DNA of 64,000 nt from Balneola sp. Its GTDB lineage: Bacteria > Bacteroidota > Rhodothermia > Balneolales > Balneolaceae. Position 1 is the stretch's first letter. Each line of letters opens with the position of its first letter. Below the pieces are notes generated by a model. The model saw only the letters and a program-made list of their open reading frames with translations, had not been told where the DNA came from and searched no databases. Where the stretch lies: the NCBI GenBank assembly GCA_028284195.1, contig JANQSE010000011.1, positions 18 through 64,017 of the forward strand. Direction: 5' to 3'. Below, piece by piece: positions 18,781 through 27,573 of this stretch. The translations under genes and the position numbers were made by a program.

Positions 18781-20655
18781 TCAAATATTCTTTTTAGAAA
18801 GTTCTTGTAAACGTTTGCGGGCATAAGGGGCATAAAAGCCCTGTGGATAGTTAATGATTATCTCTTCGTAATATGCTTCTACTTTTGATTTTGTTAACCC
18901 TGTGGTAATTACATATGCAGGATCTTTTTCGGACTTTTGCAAAGCTTCGTCAGCAAATTTCGCTCGTTCCCACATCAGGCGCTCCCTGTTAGCATCTGCG
19001 CTGTTGGCTTCAACAAAAGCATTGGTGAGTGTATATGATTCTTCAGGGCTAAACTCAGGATTTGTTGAAAGCTTTAAAAGTACATCATCATAAAGAGGTA
19101 TTCTTGGTTCGATGTTGAGCGCGGCAAGAAGTTTTTCTTTCGCAAGTGCGTCGTTCCCAATTGTGGTTTCATAGATTGCTTCTGCGAAAGGTTTTAAAAT
19201 TGTCCCAGTCGAATCAAAATTCAAGCCTTCGTGAATCCAAAGACGAAGCTCCAGCGCATTGTTAGCGTAATAAGATGTATTCTGGCGTCCTAATGATTTT
19301 AACTGAATTGTTGCGAACTCATAATCTTCGGAGAAGAAATCAGTGAGGGCTAAAAAGTAGCGTGTTTTTTCAGCTATTTCGCCAATACCCGCCAGTTTAT
19401 TGCTTTTAGTTAATGCAATTCTTGATGATGCATATTCTTTTTTTGCCATGTGAATTCTGCCTTGTAAGTAAAACTCTTCGGCAGTTTCTACATCCTGATT
19501 TATGCTTCGCAGCCTGGCCAGTGTTTTTTCAGCTGCAGGTAGGTCGTGGGCAAAATCGAGCACGATCTCGGATTTAAGGAGTAATACGCTTTGCATTTTT
19601 CGGTAGTTAAAACCATCTGTAATGATTCGATTTAACTCAGCAAGGGCTTTAGAAAAAAGAGCATCTCGCTTGTTGGTAAAATCAAGGTTAAAGTCGTCAA
19701 TTTCTTTAGCCCATTCGCTGTACACTTTGGCAAGTTCTTCCCGGCTTTGCCACAACAAGTTTCCATTTGCTTTGTCGATGTAATACTGAAAAGCCTGTGC
19801 TGCAAGTTCAAATTCTTTGTTTCTACGCAGGCTTCTTCCAAGCTGAAAAAGAGCATAATTAAAGTTAGAGGTGGAATTTTCAAAAGCGATAGCTGATGCG
19901 AGTGCCCGGCGGTATAATTTGTTTTCCTGGAGCAGCCAAACCTGGAATCTAAACAGGGTATTGTATGCCGGGTTGGTGATTGGGACTTCAACTAATTTAT
20001 CTTCGATTTCAAGAATGGTGATATCATTCAATAAGGGATCATTATAACGTAAAAGAGTACGTTGTATATTCGAGGTTTGATCGGGCTGTGCAACAAGCCA
20101 TGCGATCCATTCCCGGACCGCCCCTTCGTAATTCCCGGCTTGAAGTAAGGTGGTTGAAATCTCATTAAAAAACAGAAGCGGGTTATTGAAAACAATTCGC
20201 GCGTTCTGTAAAATATCAACAGATCGTTGAAATTCTTTTACATTAGTCATCGCATTAGCAGTAGCTATATATATCTGCAGGTTCCTGGAAGATTGTTGAA
20301 TGTTTTGTTCCCAAATGGAATATGCCCGGGAAGAATCTCCTTTAAAGTGATAGAGCTTACCTTTAAGCACGTTTATCTGGGATTGGTAATTGGGGCTTCC
20401 ATTCAGGTCGGCAATTGCCTTCAAAGCCTCATCGTACTGCTTTAGCTGAATGTAACATTCTATATAGCGCTCAAAAAAGTAATACTCATCAGGATTTTCT
20501 TGCACCAGTTTTTGGAAAACTGGCAAAGCCTGCTCGTAGTTTTGTTGCTGCATAAACCGGTTGCCAATCTGGAACTGATTACCTGCCTGGGCATATAATC
20601 CGGCTGGTAAAGCAAGAAATGCCAGCAAAGCTAATATGTATATGAGATCTCTCAA
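18781..20655 (-). CDS. Tetratricopeptide-repeat protein, secreted
   Basis: Signal peptide; repeated TPR-like helices; C-terminal YEEIIINYPQGFYAPYARKR. Confidence 0.85.
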   Translation of the reverse strand: MRDLIYILALLAFLALPAGLYAQAGNQFQIGNRFMQQQNYEQALPVFQKLVQENPDEYYFFERYIECYIQLKQYDEALKAIADLNGSPNYQSQINVLKGKLYHFKGDSSRAYSIWEQNIQQSSRNLQIYIATANAMTNVKEFQRSVDILQNARIVFNNPLLFFNEISTTLLQAGNYEGAVREWIAWLVAQPDQTSNIQRTLLRYNDPLLNDITILEIEDKLVEVPITNPAYNTLFRFQVWLLQENKLYRRALASAIAFENSTSNFNYALFQLGRSLRRNKEFELAAQAFQYYIDKANGNLLWQSREELAKVYSEWAKEIDDFNLDFTNKRDALFSKALAELNRIITDGFNYRKMQSVLLLKSEIVLDFAHDLPAAEKTLARLRSINQDVETAEEFYLQGRIHMAKKEYASSRIALTKSNKLAGIGEIAEKTRYFLALTDFFSEDYEFATIQLKSLGRQNTSYYANNALELRLWIHEGLNFDSTGTILKPFAEAIYETTIGNDALAKEKLLAALNIEPRIPLYDDVLLKLSTNPEFSPEESYTLTNAFVEANSADANRERLMWERAKFADEALQKSEKDPAYVITTGLTKSKVEAYYEEIIINYPQGFYAPYARKRLQELSKKNI

Positions 20656-21257
20656 GGGATAGATTTTATGTGCGTTAATACATAAGGGAAATGAGCCTTT
20701 AATTTCGAATATAATCTATTGAGTGGTAAACCAACTACATTATAATAGTCGCCATGTAATTTTTTAACAAATAACGCTCCCCAGTCATCCTGTATGCCAT
20801 AACTTCCCGCTTTGTCCATCGGGCTGCCTGTGGCTATATAATGATCAATTTCGTTTTGATTCAATACATCGAAAGTAACTTCGGTTTTCTCCGAAAAAGT
20901 TATAGAATTCTTGATATGGCTATGCTCGTTTGTTTCAATAAGTGCAACACCAGTATGTACAGAATGTTGTGTTCCACTTAGTTCATTTAACATTTTTGAT
21001 GCTTCAACAGCATTTTTTGGTTTACCCAGAATATTCCCATTATGCAGAACAATAGTATCAGCTCCGATTATTAAAGAGTTTGGACAACTTAAGGCAATAT
21101 CAACTGCTTTTTGATGTGCGAGGTCTTCAACCAGTTTTACCGGATCTGATTCTGAACTTGTTTCTTGAATGGCACTTGGGCTTACTTCAAAAGAAAATCC
21201 AAATAGTTCTAACAATTTTTTTCGTCTGGGGCTTTGTGAAGCCAGGATAATTCGCAT
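20652..21257 (-). CDS. maf: Maf family nucleotide pyrophosphatase
   Basis: IILASQSPRRKKLL; IIGADTIV; MDKAGSYGIQ; YNVVGLP; probable start MRIILAS at 21257. Confidence 0.95.
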   Translation of the reverse strand: MRIILASQSPRRKKLLELFGFSFEVSPSAIQETSSESDPVKLVEDLAHQKAVDIALSCPNSLIIGADTIVLHNGNILGKPKNAVEASKMLNELSGTQHSVHTGVALIETNEHSHIKNSITFSEKTEVTFDVLNQNEIDHYIATGSPMDKAGSYGIQDDWGALFVKKLHGDYYNVVGLPLNRLYSKLKAHFPYVLTHIKSIP

Positions 21258-21346
21258 TACGTATGATATAGCCTTTGCAGTTAGTTGATAATTAAATAAC
21301 TTCTGTCTCCGTTTCAAACACTGCAAACGTTAAGGTTTATAAAAAA

Positions 21347-21598
21347 ATGGCTAAACAGAAGCGAAAAAGGGAAGATGACAAGCCAATGTTCTTCTCATCA
21401 TTTAATTACAAACTCATTGGTATCGCAATTTTTTTGATATTTGCCGGGTTCTTAGCAATGTACATGGAAAATGAGGTGGACGGTTTTATTTCTCTCTTTG
21501 TTTCTCCCATTGTAATTATGGCTGGTTACATTATCGTTATTTTTGCCATTTTAAAACACAATCGTGGAGAACAGGATGAACAAAGCCAATCGGCTTAA
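21347..21598 (+). CDS. DUF3098-like small membrane protein
   Basis: 83 aa; NYKLIGIAIFLIFAGF and second TM SPIVIMAGY. Confidence 0.7.
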   Translation: MAKQKRKREDDKPMFFSSFNYKLIGIAIFLIFAGFLAMYMENEVDGFISLFVSPIVIMAGYIIVIFAILKHNRGEQDEQSQSA

Positions 21599-21604
21599 GC
21601 TAAG

Positions 21605-22423
21605 GTGACACATCGCCACATAAATATCTTTTTTCTATTCTGTCTTATCTTTGTTTTTATCATTTTTGGAGATGCCTACGATCATATAAGGATTGGAATT
21701 GCATTGGGATTGGCTGTTGTGTTTTCTGTTACTGCTTTTTTGCTTAATTGGCTTACCTATGATGGCTCTGTATCAGCTGGTATTTTTGGAACAATTGCCT
21801 ATGGTTTTGGAGATTGGCAAGTGGCAATAATTGTTCTGTTCTTTTTTATTTCTGCCTCTTTAGTGTCAAAAGATATTGCCGCTACCAAAGATACATTTTC
21901 AATTAAATTCAGGCGGGATGGACGACAAGTGTGGGCTAATGGTTTTTGGTTGAGTTTATGGACATTGATTTGGTTTATGACGGATAATACTATTTTTTTA
22001 ATAGCTGCAGTTGCAAGTATAGCCACTGCTACTGCTGATACCTGGGCTACAGAATTGGGAAGCAGGCTAAAAAGTAAAACGTATTTGATTTCGAATTTCT
22101 CAGAAGTATCAGCAGGTACGAACGGTGGCATTAGTATAAAAGGAAGTATAGCTGCTTTAGTGGGTGCATCAGTAATTTCGCTTTTATTTTGGCTGATGGT
22201 AAACGAAGTAAGCCTGTTGATATTTATTATTATTGCAGCAGCAGGTTTGCTGGGCTGTTTTGTAGATTCGTTTTTAGGAGCCAACCTTCAGGGACGCTCT
22301 TTAAAACTTCCGTTTTTAACGAACAACCAGCCAGGAAGTGTAACTGTTAACAATAATATTGTAAATTGGCTTTCTACCGGTTCGGCATCAATTCTGGTAC
22401 TTTTAACAACTCTAATTATTTAA
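21605..22423 (+). CDS. DUF92 (TMEM19-like) membrane protein
   Basis: RRDGRQVWANG; ATADTWATELG; GTNGGISIKG; GCFVDSFLGA; NNIVNW. Confidence 0.85.
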   Translation: MTHRHINIFFLFCLIFVFIIFGDAYDHIRIGIALGLAVVFSVTAFLLNWLTYDGSVSAGIFGTIAYGFGDWQVAIIVLFFFISASLVSKDIAATKDTFSIKFRRDGRQVWANGFWLSLWTLIWFMTDNTIFLIAAVASIATATADTWATELGSRLKSKTYLISNFSEVSAGTNGGISIKGSIAALVGASVISLLFWLMVNEVSLLIFIIIAAAGLLGCFVDSFLGANLQGRSLKLPFLTNNQPGSVTVNNNIVNWLSTGSASILVLLTTLII

Positions 22424-22424
22424 T

Positions 22425-23726
22425 ATGAAATGGTATAAAAAATTACATTGGCAAATTATCCTTGGGCTTATTCTTGGTTTGTTTTGGGGATTAATATCTG
22501 CGTTAGCTGGATTTAATGAGTTTACACTCGACTTCATAAAACCATTTGGTACCATTTTCATAACTCTGTTAAAACTGATTGCAGTTCCATTAGTTCTTGC
22601 TTCTTTAGTTGCGGGTGTTACAAGCTTAAATGATACAGCGTCGCTTTCAAGAATGGGTGGTAAAACGGTTATTATCTATTTGGTTACTACTGTTTTTGCG
22701 ATATCCATAGGTCTGGTTGCTGTAAATGTTATTCAACCCGGTAAAGCGTTACCTGATGAAACTAAAACCGAGCTCCAGGAAACATACCAGGGGAATGTAG
22801 GAGAACGTGAAGAAGGAGCTATGAAGATTCAGGAGCGTCGCCCTTTGGATTTTATCGTTGGAATAGTACCTGATAACTTTTTTAAATCGGCCAGTGAAAA
22901 CTCTAATATGCTTCAGGTTGTTTTTGTTGCGATTCTTTTAGGGCTTGGAATTATTAAAGTGGGAGGGAAGCAAGCCGAAATTTTGGTTGGAGTATTTGAT
23001 TCTCTTAACGATGTGATTATTAAAATTGTTGACATGATTATGAAAACAGCACCTTATGGTGTTTTTGCGCTAATGGCAGCTTTAATAGTTGATCTGGCTG
23101 GCGATGATCTGAGCAGAGCTATTGGCCTGTTAAGGGCTTTAGGCTGGTATTGTTTGACGGTTGTAATTGCTCTGCTAATCCATGTGTTTTTGGTGTATGC
23201 CTCATTGTTCAGGTTTTCAAGTAAAATGAAGCTGAAAGATTTCTTTTCTGCCATTCGTCCGGCTATGTTATTAGGCTTTAGTACCAGTTCCAGTTCTGCA
23301 ACTTTACCTGTAACCATGGAAAGAGTAGAAAACAACCTTGGCGTTGATGAGGAAGTAGCAAGTTTTGTACTACCTATCGGCGCAACCATTAATATGGATG
23401 GTACGAGTCTGTACCAGGCAGTTGCAGCCGTATTTATAGCCCAGGCTTTAGGAATGGATTTAACCATAATGCAACAGTTAATAATTGTAGTAACAGCAAC
23501 GCTTGCTTCAATAGGCGCAGCGGGAGTGCCGGGAGCTGGAATTGTTATGCTTGTAGTTGTTCTGCAGGCCATTGATGTCCCGGTTGAAGGTATTGCTTTA
23601 ATACTTGGCGTGGATCGAATTCTTGACATGTGCCGTACTACAGTAAATATAACCGGAGATGCTGCTGTTGCACTTACAGTGGCTTCCTCAGAAGGTAAAT
23701 TAGGAGAGCCAAACCTGGATGATTAA
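22425..23726 (+). CDS. Dicarboxylate/amino acid:cation symporter (GltP-like)
   Basis: FSTSSSSATLP; GATINMDGT; ASIGAAGVPG; GVDRILDMCRTTVNITGD. Confidence 0.95.
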   Translation: MKWYKKLHWQIILGLILGLFWGLISALAGFNEFTLDFIKPFGTIFITLLKLIAVPLVLASLVAGVTSLNDTASLSRMGGKTVIIYLVTTVFAISIGLVAVNVIQPGKALPDETKTELQETYQGNVGEREEGAMKIQERRPLDFIVGIVPDNFFKSASENSNMLQVVFVAILLGLGIIKVGGKQAEILVGVFDSLNDVIIKIVDMIMKTAPYGVFALMAALIVDLAGDDLSRAIGLLRALGWYCLTVVIALLIHVFLVYASLFRFSSKMKLKDFFSAIRPAMLLGFSTSSSSATLPVTMERVENNLGVDEEVASFVLPIGATINMDGTSLYQAVAAVFIAQALGMDLTIMQQLIIVVTATLASIGAAGVPGAGIVMLVVVLQAIDVPVEGIALILGVDRILDMCRTTVNITGDAAVALTVASSEGKLGEPNLDD

Positions 23727-23795
23727 AAATCAAAAATAATTGAAATTTAATATGCCATTTAGCTTAGAAATACTTTAATTGGTAGAAATGGATTT

Positions 23796-26597
23796 GTGAT
23801 TAAAAAGGAATTGCCTATGGCTTTACCGCTACAAAACACAGCACTCCTTAAAAAACTACATATCACCCTTTTTTTGCTTGTGGCTACAATCACAAATATT
23901 GCTCAAGCACAGTCGCTGTTGTTACCGGGAGATATCACATTCATCTCTGTAAACTCCACTACAGATTCCTTCGAGTTTATACCTTTAATAGATTTAGAGA
24001 AAGGAACAGAGTTTAAGATCAGCAATGGCTTGTGGGATGATAAGAAACAAGAATTTGTTGATGGTAATGTGGTTCATTTTTCTGTTCGGGAAAGAGTTGT
24101 GGCGGGAACTCCGATTCTTTATCAAAAAGGAAAAGAAATGGAGTTTTTTAATATGGAGGGTACTATGAGCCTTTCTGAAGAGGAAGAACAGCTCTTGGTA
24201 TTTCAGGTTGACGAACAAACAAACCGGTTTATTTATGCAATAGGGTGGGGAGAAAAACAGAAACGACGTGATCGATCTTTATTTGGTTCTGATATTCCCC
24301 AGGTTCTTGCTGAAAACCCAGAAGCAGTACTGCGGTTAGGCACCTATAATAACTACCAATACTTTATTAGAAACGGAGCAAGTGGAACAGTAAAAATGCT
24401 CCAAAATTTCATAGCTGATGCCGCTCATTGGCGAGGGCAAGATGAGGTATCATTCAAGCCTGTAAGAACCTCATTTCATATACTTAATGCTCCGGTTGTA
24501 CTTTTTGATGAAAGCACCAGTTCTATAAAAGAAGGGAAGAAAAACACCTCACTTAAAGTAGCAATATATGAGCATGACGGCTCTAAATTGACAGTTGATG
24601 TAGTTTTTGATTCCATGTACAGTTCGATTGACAGAAGTGAAATACAAGGCTTCAGAAACCAACAAATAAATTTTACAGGGCTAATTGGGGATGCTGTTTA
24701 TGAGATAGAAATTCCGTTGAATAATGATGAAGACTATGAAGGAATAGAAACCGGGATTTTTACTCTTAAAAACCTTAGTAAAGGGAAATATGGAGACTTT
24801 ATTTCGCACACTTTGTTATTAGATGACGACGAGATTCCGGAATTAAAACTTGAAACAGTAAAAGATATGGATCAGAATATATTGTTGATTCATAATCTGG
24901 AACGTACAGCAATCGATTTGTTTAACTGGGAACTGCGAGGAGGAAATGCTAAAATTGACTTTCCGAAAGGAACATATCTGGAAGTAGGAGAAACCCTTTT
25001 TATACTACCCAAGCACTACGAGGAATCTGTTTTTTTATCAGGTAGTTTATTTGAACTGGCAGAATCTGATGCAAAGCTTCTTGATGTGGAGGGTAAAATA
25101 GAACTACGTGATAGAAATGGGCAAAGAATTGAAGAAACAGAGATTAAAAAGAGGGATGATAATAAACGAGAAATCCTTGCCAGCACGACTAACAAAGAAA
25201 CAGGTACAGGGGAAGTTAGCACAGAAAGTTTGTTTTCGGGTGAGAAAATGCAGTTACCTGCTGCTCCAAGTGATATATTGCCCGGCTGGAAATCGATATC
25301 CAGTAATGAAATCAATAGCGAGGAGTTTGCCAATGTCGATCTTTATTATTGGAGTGAGTCCAATGCTGTTTTCTTTAAGTTAGGTGATGAAGCTTTAACA
25401 GCACCCAAAAATAGTATTTTAGTAGGTTTCTTTGATGAAGTTGCCGCTTCTGAATTACAAAAAAAGAAAAAACCAATAGCCAATTCTGAAAAGGAAGGAA
25501 TACTTGAGATCCAGATTTCCGCAACAGACGTTGATGAAAACGGGAGCATTCAGGGAATCGAAGGCTTGAATCTTGTGAAAAATAATACAGGCATTAGTTT
25601 TTTGGCGGCTGAATTAAAAACTAACCTGATCAAAGAATTAGGGTTGAAAACACATCCCGTTATTTTGAGAAGCTCTTTCAACTATGGCAAAATTACGATG
25701 CTTGATGATGCAGATGTACTTATTCCTGGTAGTACATTTTGGATAAAGATAGATGAAATTGTGTCCCCAAAAGAAATAGCTTTAAATACTGCTTTCTTTG
25801 AAGAAATAATTCCTGATGTAGAAGAAACAGAAAAAGGACTTCTCTCATTTGAAGTGAAAGGAGAGAATGGGGTTTCTACTTTTAACGTCTCTTTTTTGTC
25901 GGAAGAAAATCTGCAGAGAAACCTTCTGGATTTGACAGCCTATCAGGAAGTTTATTTATCTGAACCTTCTGATTTGATCTCTTTCTCAGCAGAAGCTTCA
26001 GGTAACAGGTATCATGAGTTTGGCATTTCCGAAGTTTCAGAGAATGTGATTCGGTTGCCCATCAATTTTATAGCTCTACAGGGTGGTGAGTTTGAACTTC
26101 ATATTTCAGAATGGAATAATGTTCCTGATGGATGGATGATAAAGCTTGTAGATGAAAGGGAGGGTAAATCTTATGAATTAACGGACAAAAATTGGTCGTT
26201 AAAGTTTGATTACTATCCCAAGAAAAATCCAGGTGAAAGTGATAACATTCGGTTACCGGAGTTTGAAAATCGCTTTATTTTAAGGATCATCCCAGAATCT
26301 CAGGTAGTAAACGAAATCACCGAAGATATACCTGAAAGCATCGAACTTCATCAAAATTACCCCAACCCTTTTAATCCGGCTACAACCATTTCTTTTTATT
26401 TGCCGGAAAGTAGTGAGGTTAAACTTTCTGTATTTAATATTGTGGGTCAGCCTGTGGCTGTATTATTGCAGGACACAAAAGCACAGGGCGAACATTCTGT
26501 TGAATGGGATGCATCAGACATGCCAAGTGGAATGTATATTTACCAACTGGAAGTGGGTACCAAAATAATGACGAGAAAAATGACGCTCGTTAAATAA
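23796..26597 (+). CDS. Large secreted protein with T9SS type A C-terminal sorting domain
   Basis: Signal peptide (AQA-QS); LLPGDITFIS; lamin-tail-like IDLFNWELR; C-terminal LHQNYPNPFNPATTISF...ASDMPSGMYIYQL...RKMTLVK. Confidence 0.85.
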   Translation: MIKKELPMALPLQNTALLKKLHITLFLLVATITNIAQAQSLLLPGDITFISVNSTTDSFEFIPLIDLEKGTEFKISNGLWDDKKQEFVDGNVVHFSVRERVVAGTPILYQKGKEMEFFNMEGTMSLSEEEEQLLVFQVDEQTNRFIYAIGWGEKQKRRDRSLFGSDIPQVLAENPEAVLRLGTYNNYQYFIRNGASGTVKMLQNFIADAAHWRGQDEVSFKPVRTSFHILNAPVVLFDESTSSIKEGKKNTSLKVAIYEHDGSKLTVDVVFDSMYSSIDRSEIQGFRNQQINFTGLIGDAVYEIEIPLNNDEDYEGIETGIFTLKNLSKGKYGDFISHTLLLDDDEIPELKLETVKDMDQNILLIHNLERTAIDLFNWELRGGNAKIDFPKGTYLEVGETLFILPKHYEESVFLSGSLFELAESDAKLLDVEGKIELRDRNGQRIEETEIKKRDDNKREILASTTNKETGTGEVSTESLFSGEKMQLPAAPSDILPGWKSISSNEINSEEFANVDLYYWSESNAVFFKLGDEALTAPKNSILVGFFDEVAASELQKKKKPIANSEKEGILEIQISATDVDENGSIQGIEGLNLVKNNTGISFLAAELKTNLIKELGLKTHPVILRSSFNYGKITMLDDADVLIPGSTFWIKIDEIVSPKEIALNTAFFEEIIPDVEETEKGLLSFEVKGENGVSTFNVSFLSEENLQRNLLDLTAYQEVYLSEPSDLISFSAEASGNRYHEFGISEVSENVIRLPINFIALQGGEFELHISEWNNVPDGWMIKLVDEREGKSYELTDKNWSLKFDYYPKKNPGESDNIRLPEFENRFILRIIPESQVVNEITEDIPESIELHQNYPNPFNPATTISFYLPESSEVKLSVFNIVGQPVAVLLQDTKAQGEHSVEWDASDMPSGMYIYQLEVGTKIMTRKMTLVK

Positions 26598-26631
26598 TTC
26601 AGATAAGGAATAAATATCTAATCAAATATGA

Positions 26632-26742
26632 ATGCTGAGCAAGAATATCCAGAGTGTTAATGTTCCGGAAATTGGACTTGGAACTTTTAAACTGATTGGA
26701 AAGGAATGTGAGCATGCAGTAGACGTTCCGTTGACTTTGTAA
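26632..26742 (+). pseudogene. Truncated aldo/keto reductase remnant
   Basis: MLSKNIQSVNVPEIGLGTFKLIGKECEHAV matches the AKR N-terminus (PxIGLGT); stops at codon 37 where GYRHIDTA would follow. Confidence 0.7.
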
Positions 26743-26776
26743 CATCATCCGGTTCCATGTTGATCGTCTAATCCTC

Positions 26777-27514
26777 TTAAGAAATAACGGCCTGAGCTAC
26801 GATCTCTCCTCGTTGATTTTCTAATTGATGAAGTGTACCCGAATCGTTCAAACTTTTCTCTTTTGAGATGATTATATCCCCGGCTATACTTTCTCTGGTA
26901 AATACAATGTCAACCTGAGTCGTTCTTGAAAGTTGTCCCTCATTCAAAACCTCTGCCATCCATTCCAGATAGCGGGCATTGTTTACGTGTTGATTCATAT
27001 CCAAATCAGCTCTGCGAGCCGTAATTTCTTTTTGTGATTGAGGCTCTTCCATCTTTGGAATGCGATCTGATTTAACAAGTAGTACGTGATCTCTGTCAGA
27101 TAATTTGAGCTCAAGTATTTCGTGTGTTATTCTGGTAGGGCGGCGCGTTTTAAAGTTTATCATCATCCAATAGCTAAGGCAAACGATTAGTTCATTATCA
27201 TGCTCATCCAGCACACGGTAGTTTCTATATGCTCTTAAAGCATCGCCAGCAGCCGGCCATGTTTCAATCTTTATTTTTTGCCTCCATACAGGGTATGAAT
27301 TGATCTTGATATCCATACGATGCAAGACCCAGGTTAAATTCTGCTTTTGGAGATCTGTAATATCAAAGTTCAAAAGCAGTGCATGATTACCTGCAACCTC
27401 CTGGAATAATTCGCAAATGGAAGAAAGGGTGATGTTACCGGAAGTATCTACTTCGCTGGCTCGAACTTTAAAGCTTTCTGAATAAATTGCTGTTGTGCTC
27501 AATTTTTTATTCAA
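26777..27514 (-). CDS. Acyl-ACP thioesterase
   Basis: FQEVAGNHA; WVLHRM; IETW; ARRADLDMNQHVNNARYLEW. Confidence 0.93.
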   Translation of the reverse strand: MNKKLSTTAIYSESFKVRASEVDTSGNITLSSICELFQEVAGNHALLLNFDITDLQKQNLTWVLHRMDIKINSYPVWRQKIKIETWPAAGDALRAYRNYRVLDEHDNELIVCLSYWMMINFKTRRPTRITHEILELKLSDRDHVLLVKSDRIPKMEEPQSQKEITARRADLDMNQHVNNARYLEWMAEVLNEGQLSRTTQVDIVFTRESIAGDIIISKEKSLNDSGTLHQLENQRGEIVAQAVIS

Positions 27515-27541
27515 ACATAGGGAATAAAATCTAAAGGAAAC

Positions 27542-27569
27542 AAAAAAGGCGATTCAAAGAATCGCCTTT
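27542..27569 (-). terminator. Rho-independent terminator of the RND operon
   Basis: AAAGGCGATTC-AAA-GAATCGCCTTT hairpin followed by a U-run on the minus strand. Confidence 0.8.
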
Positions 27570-27573
27570 CGCT

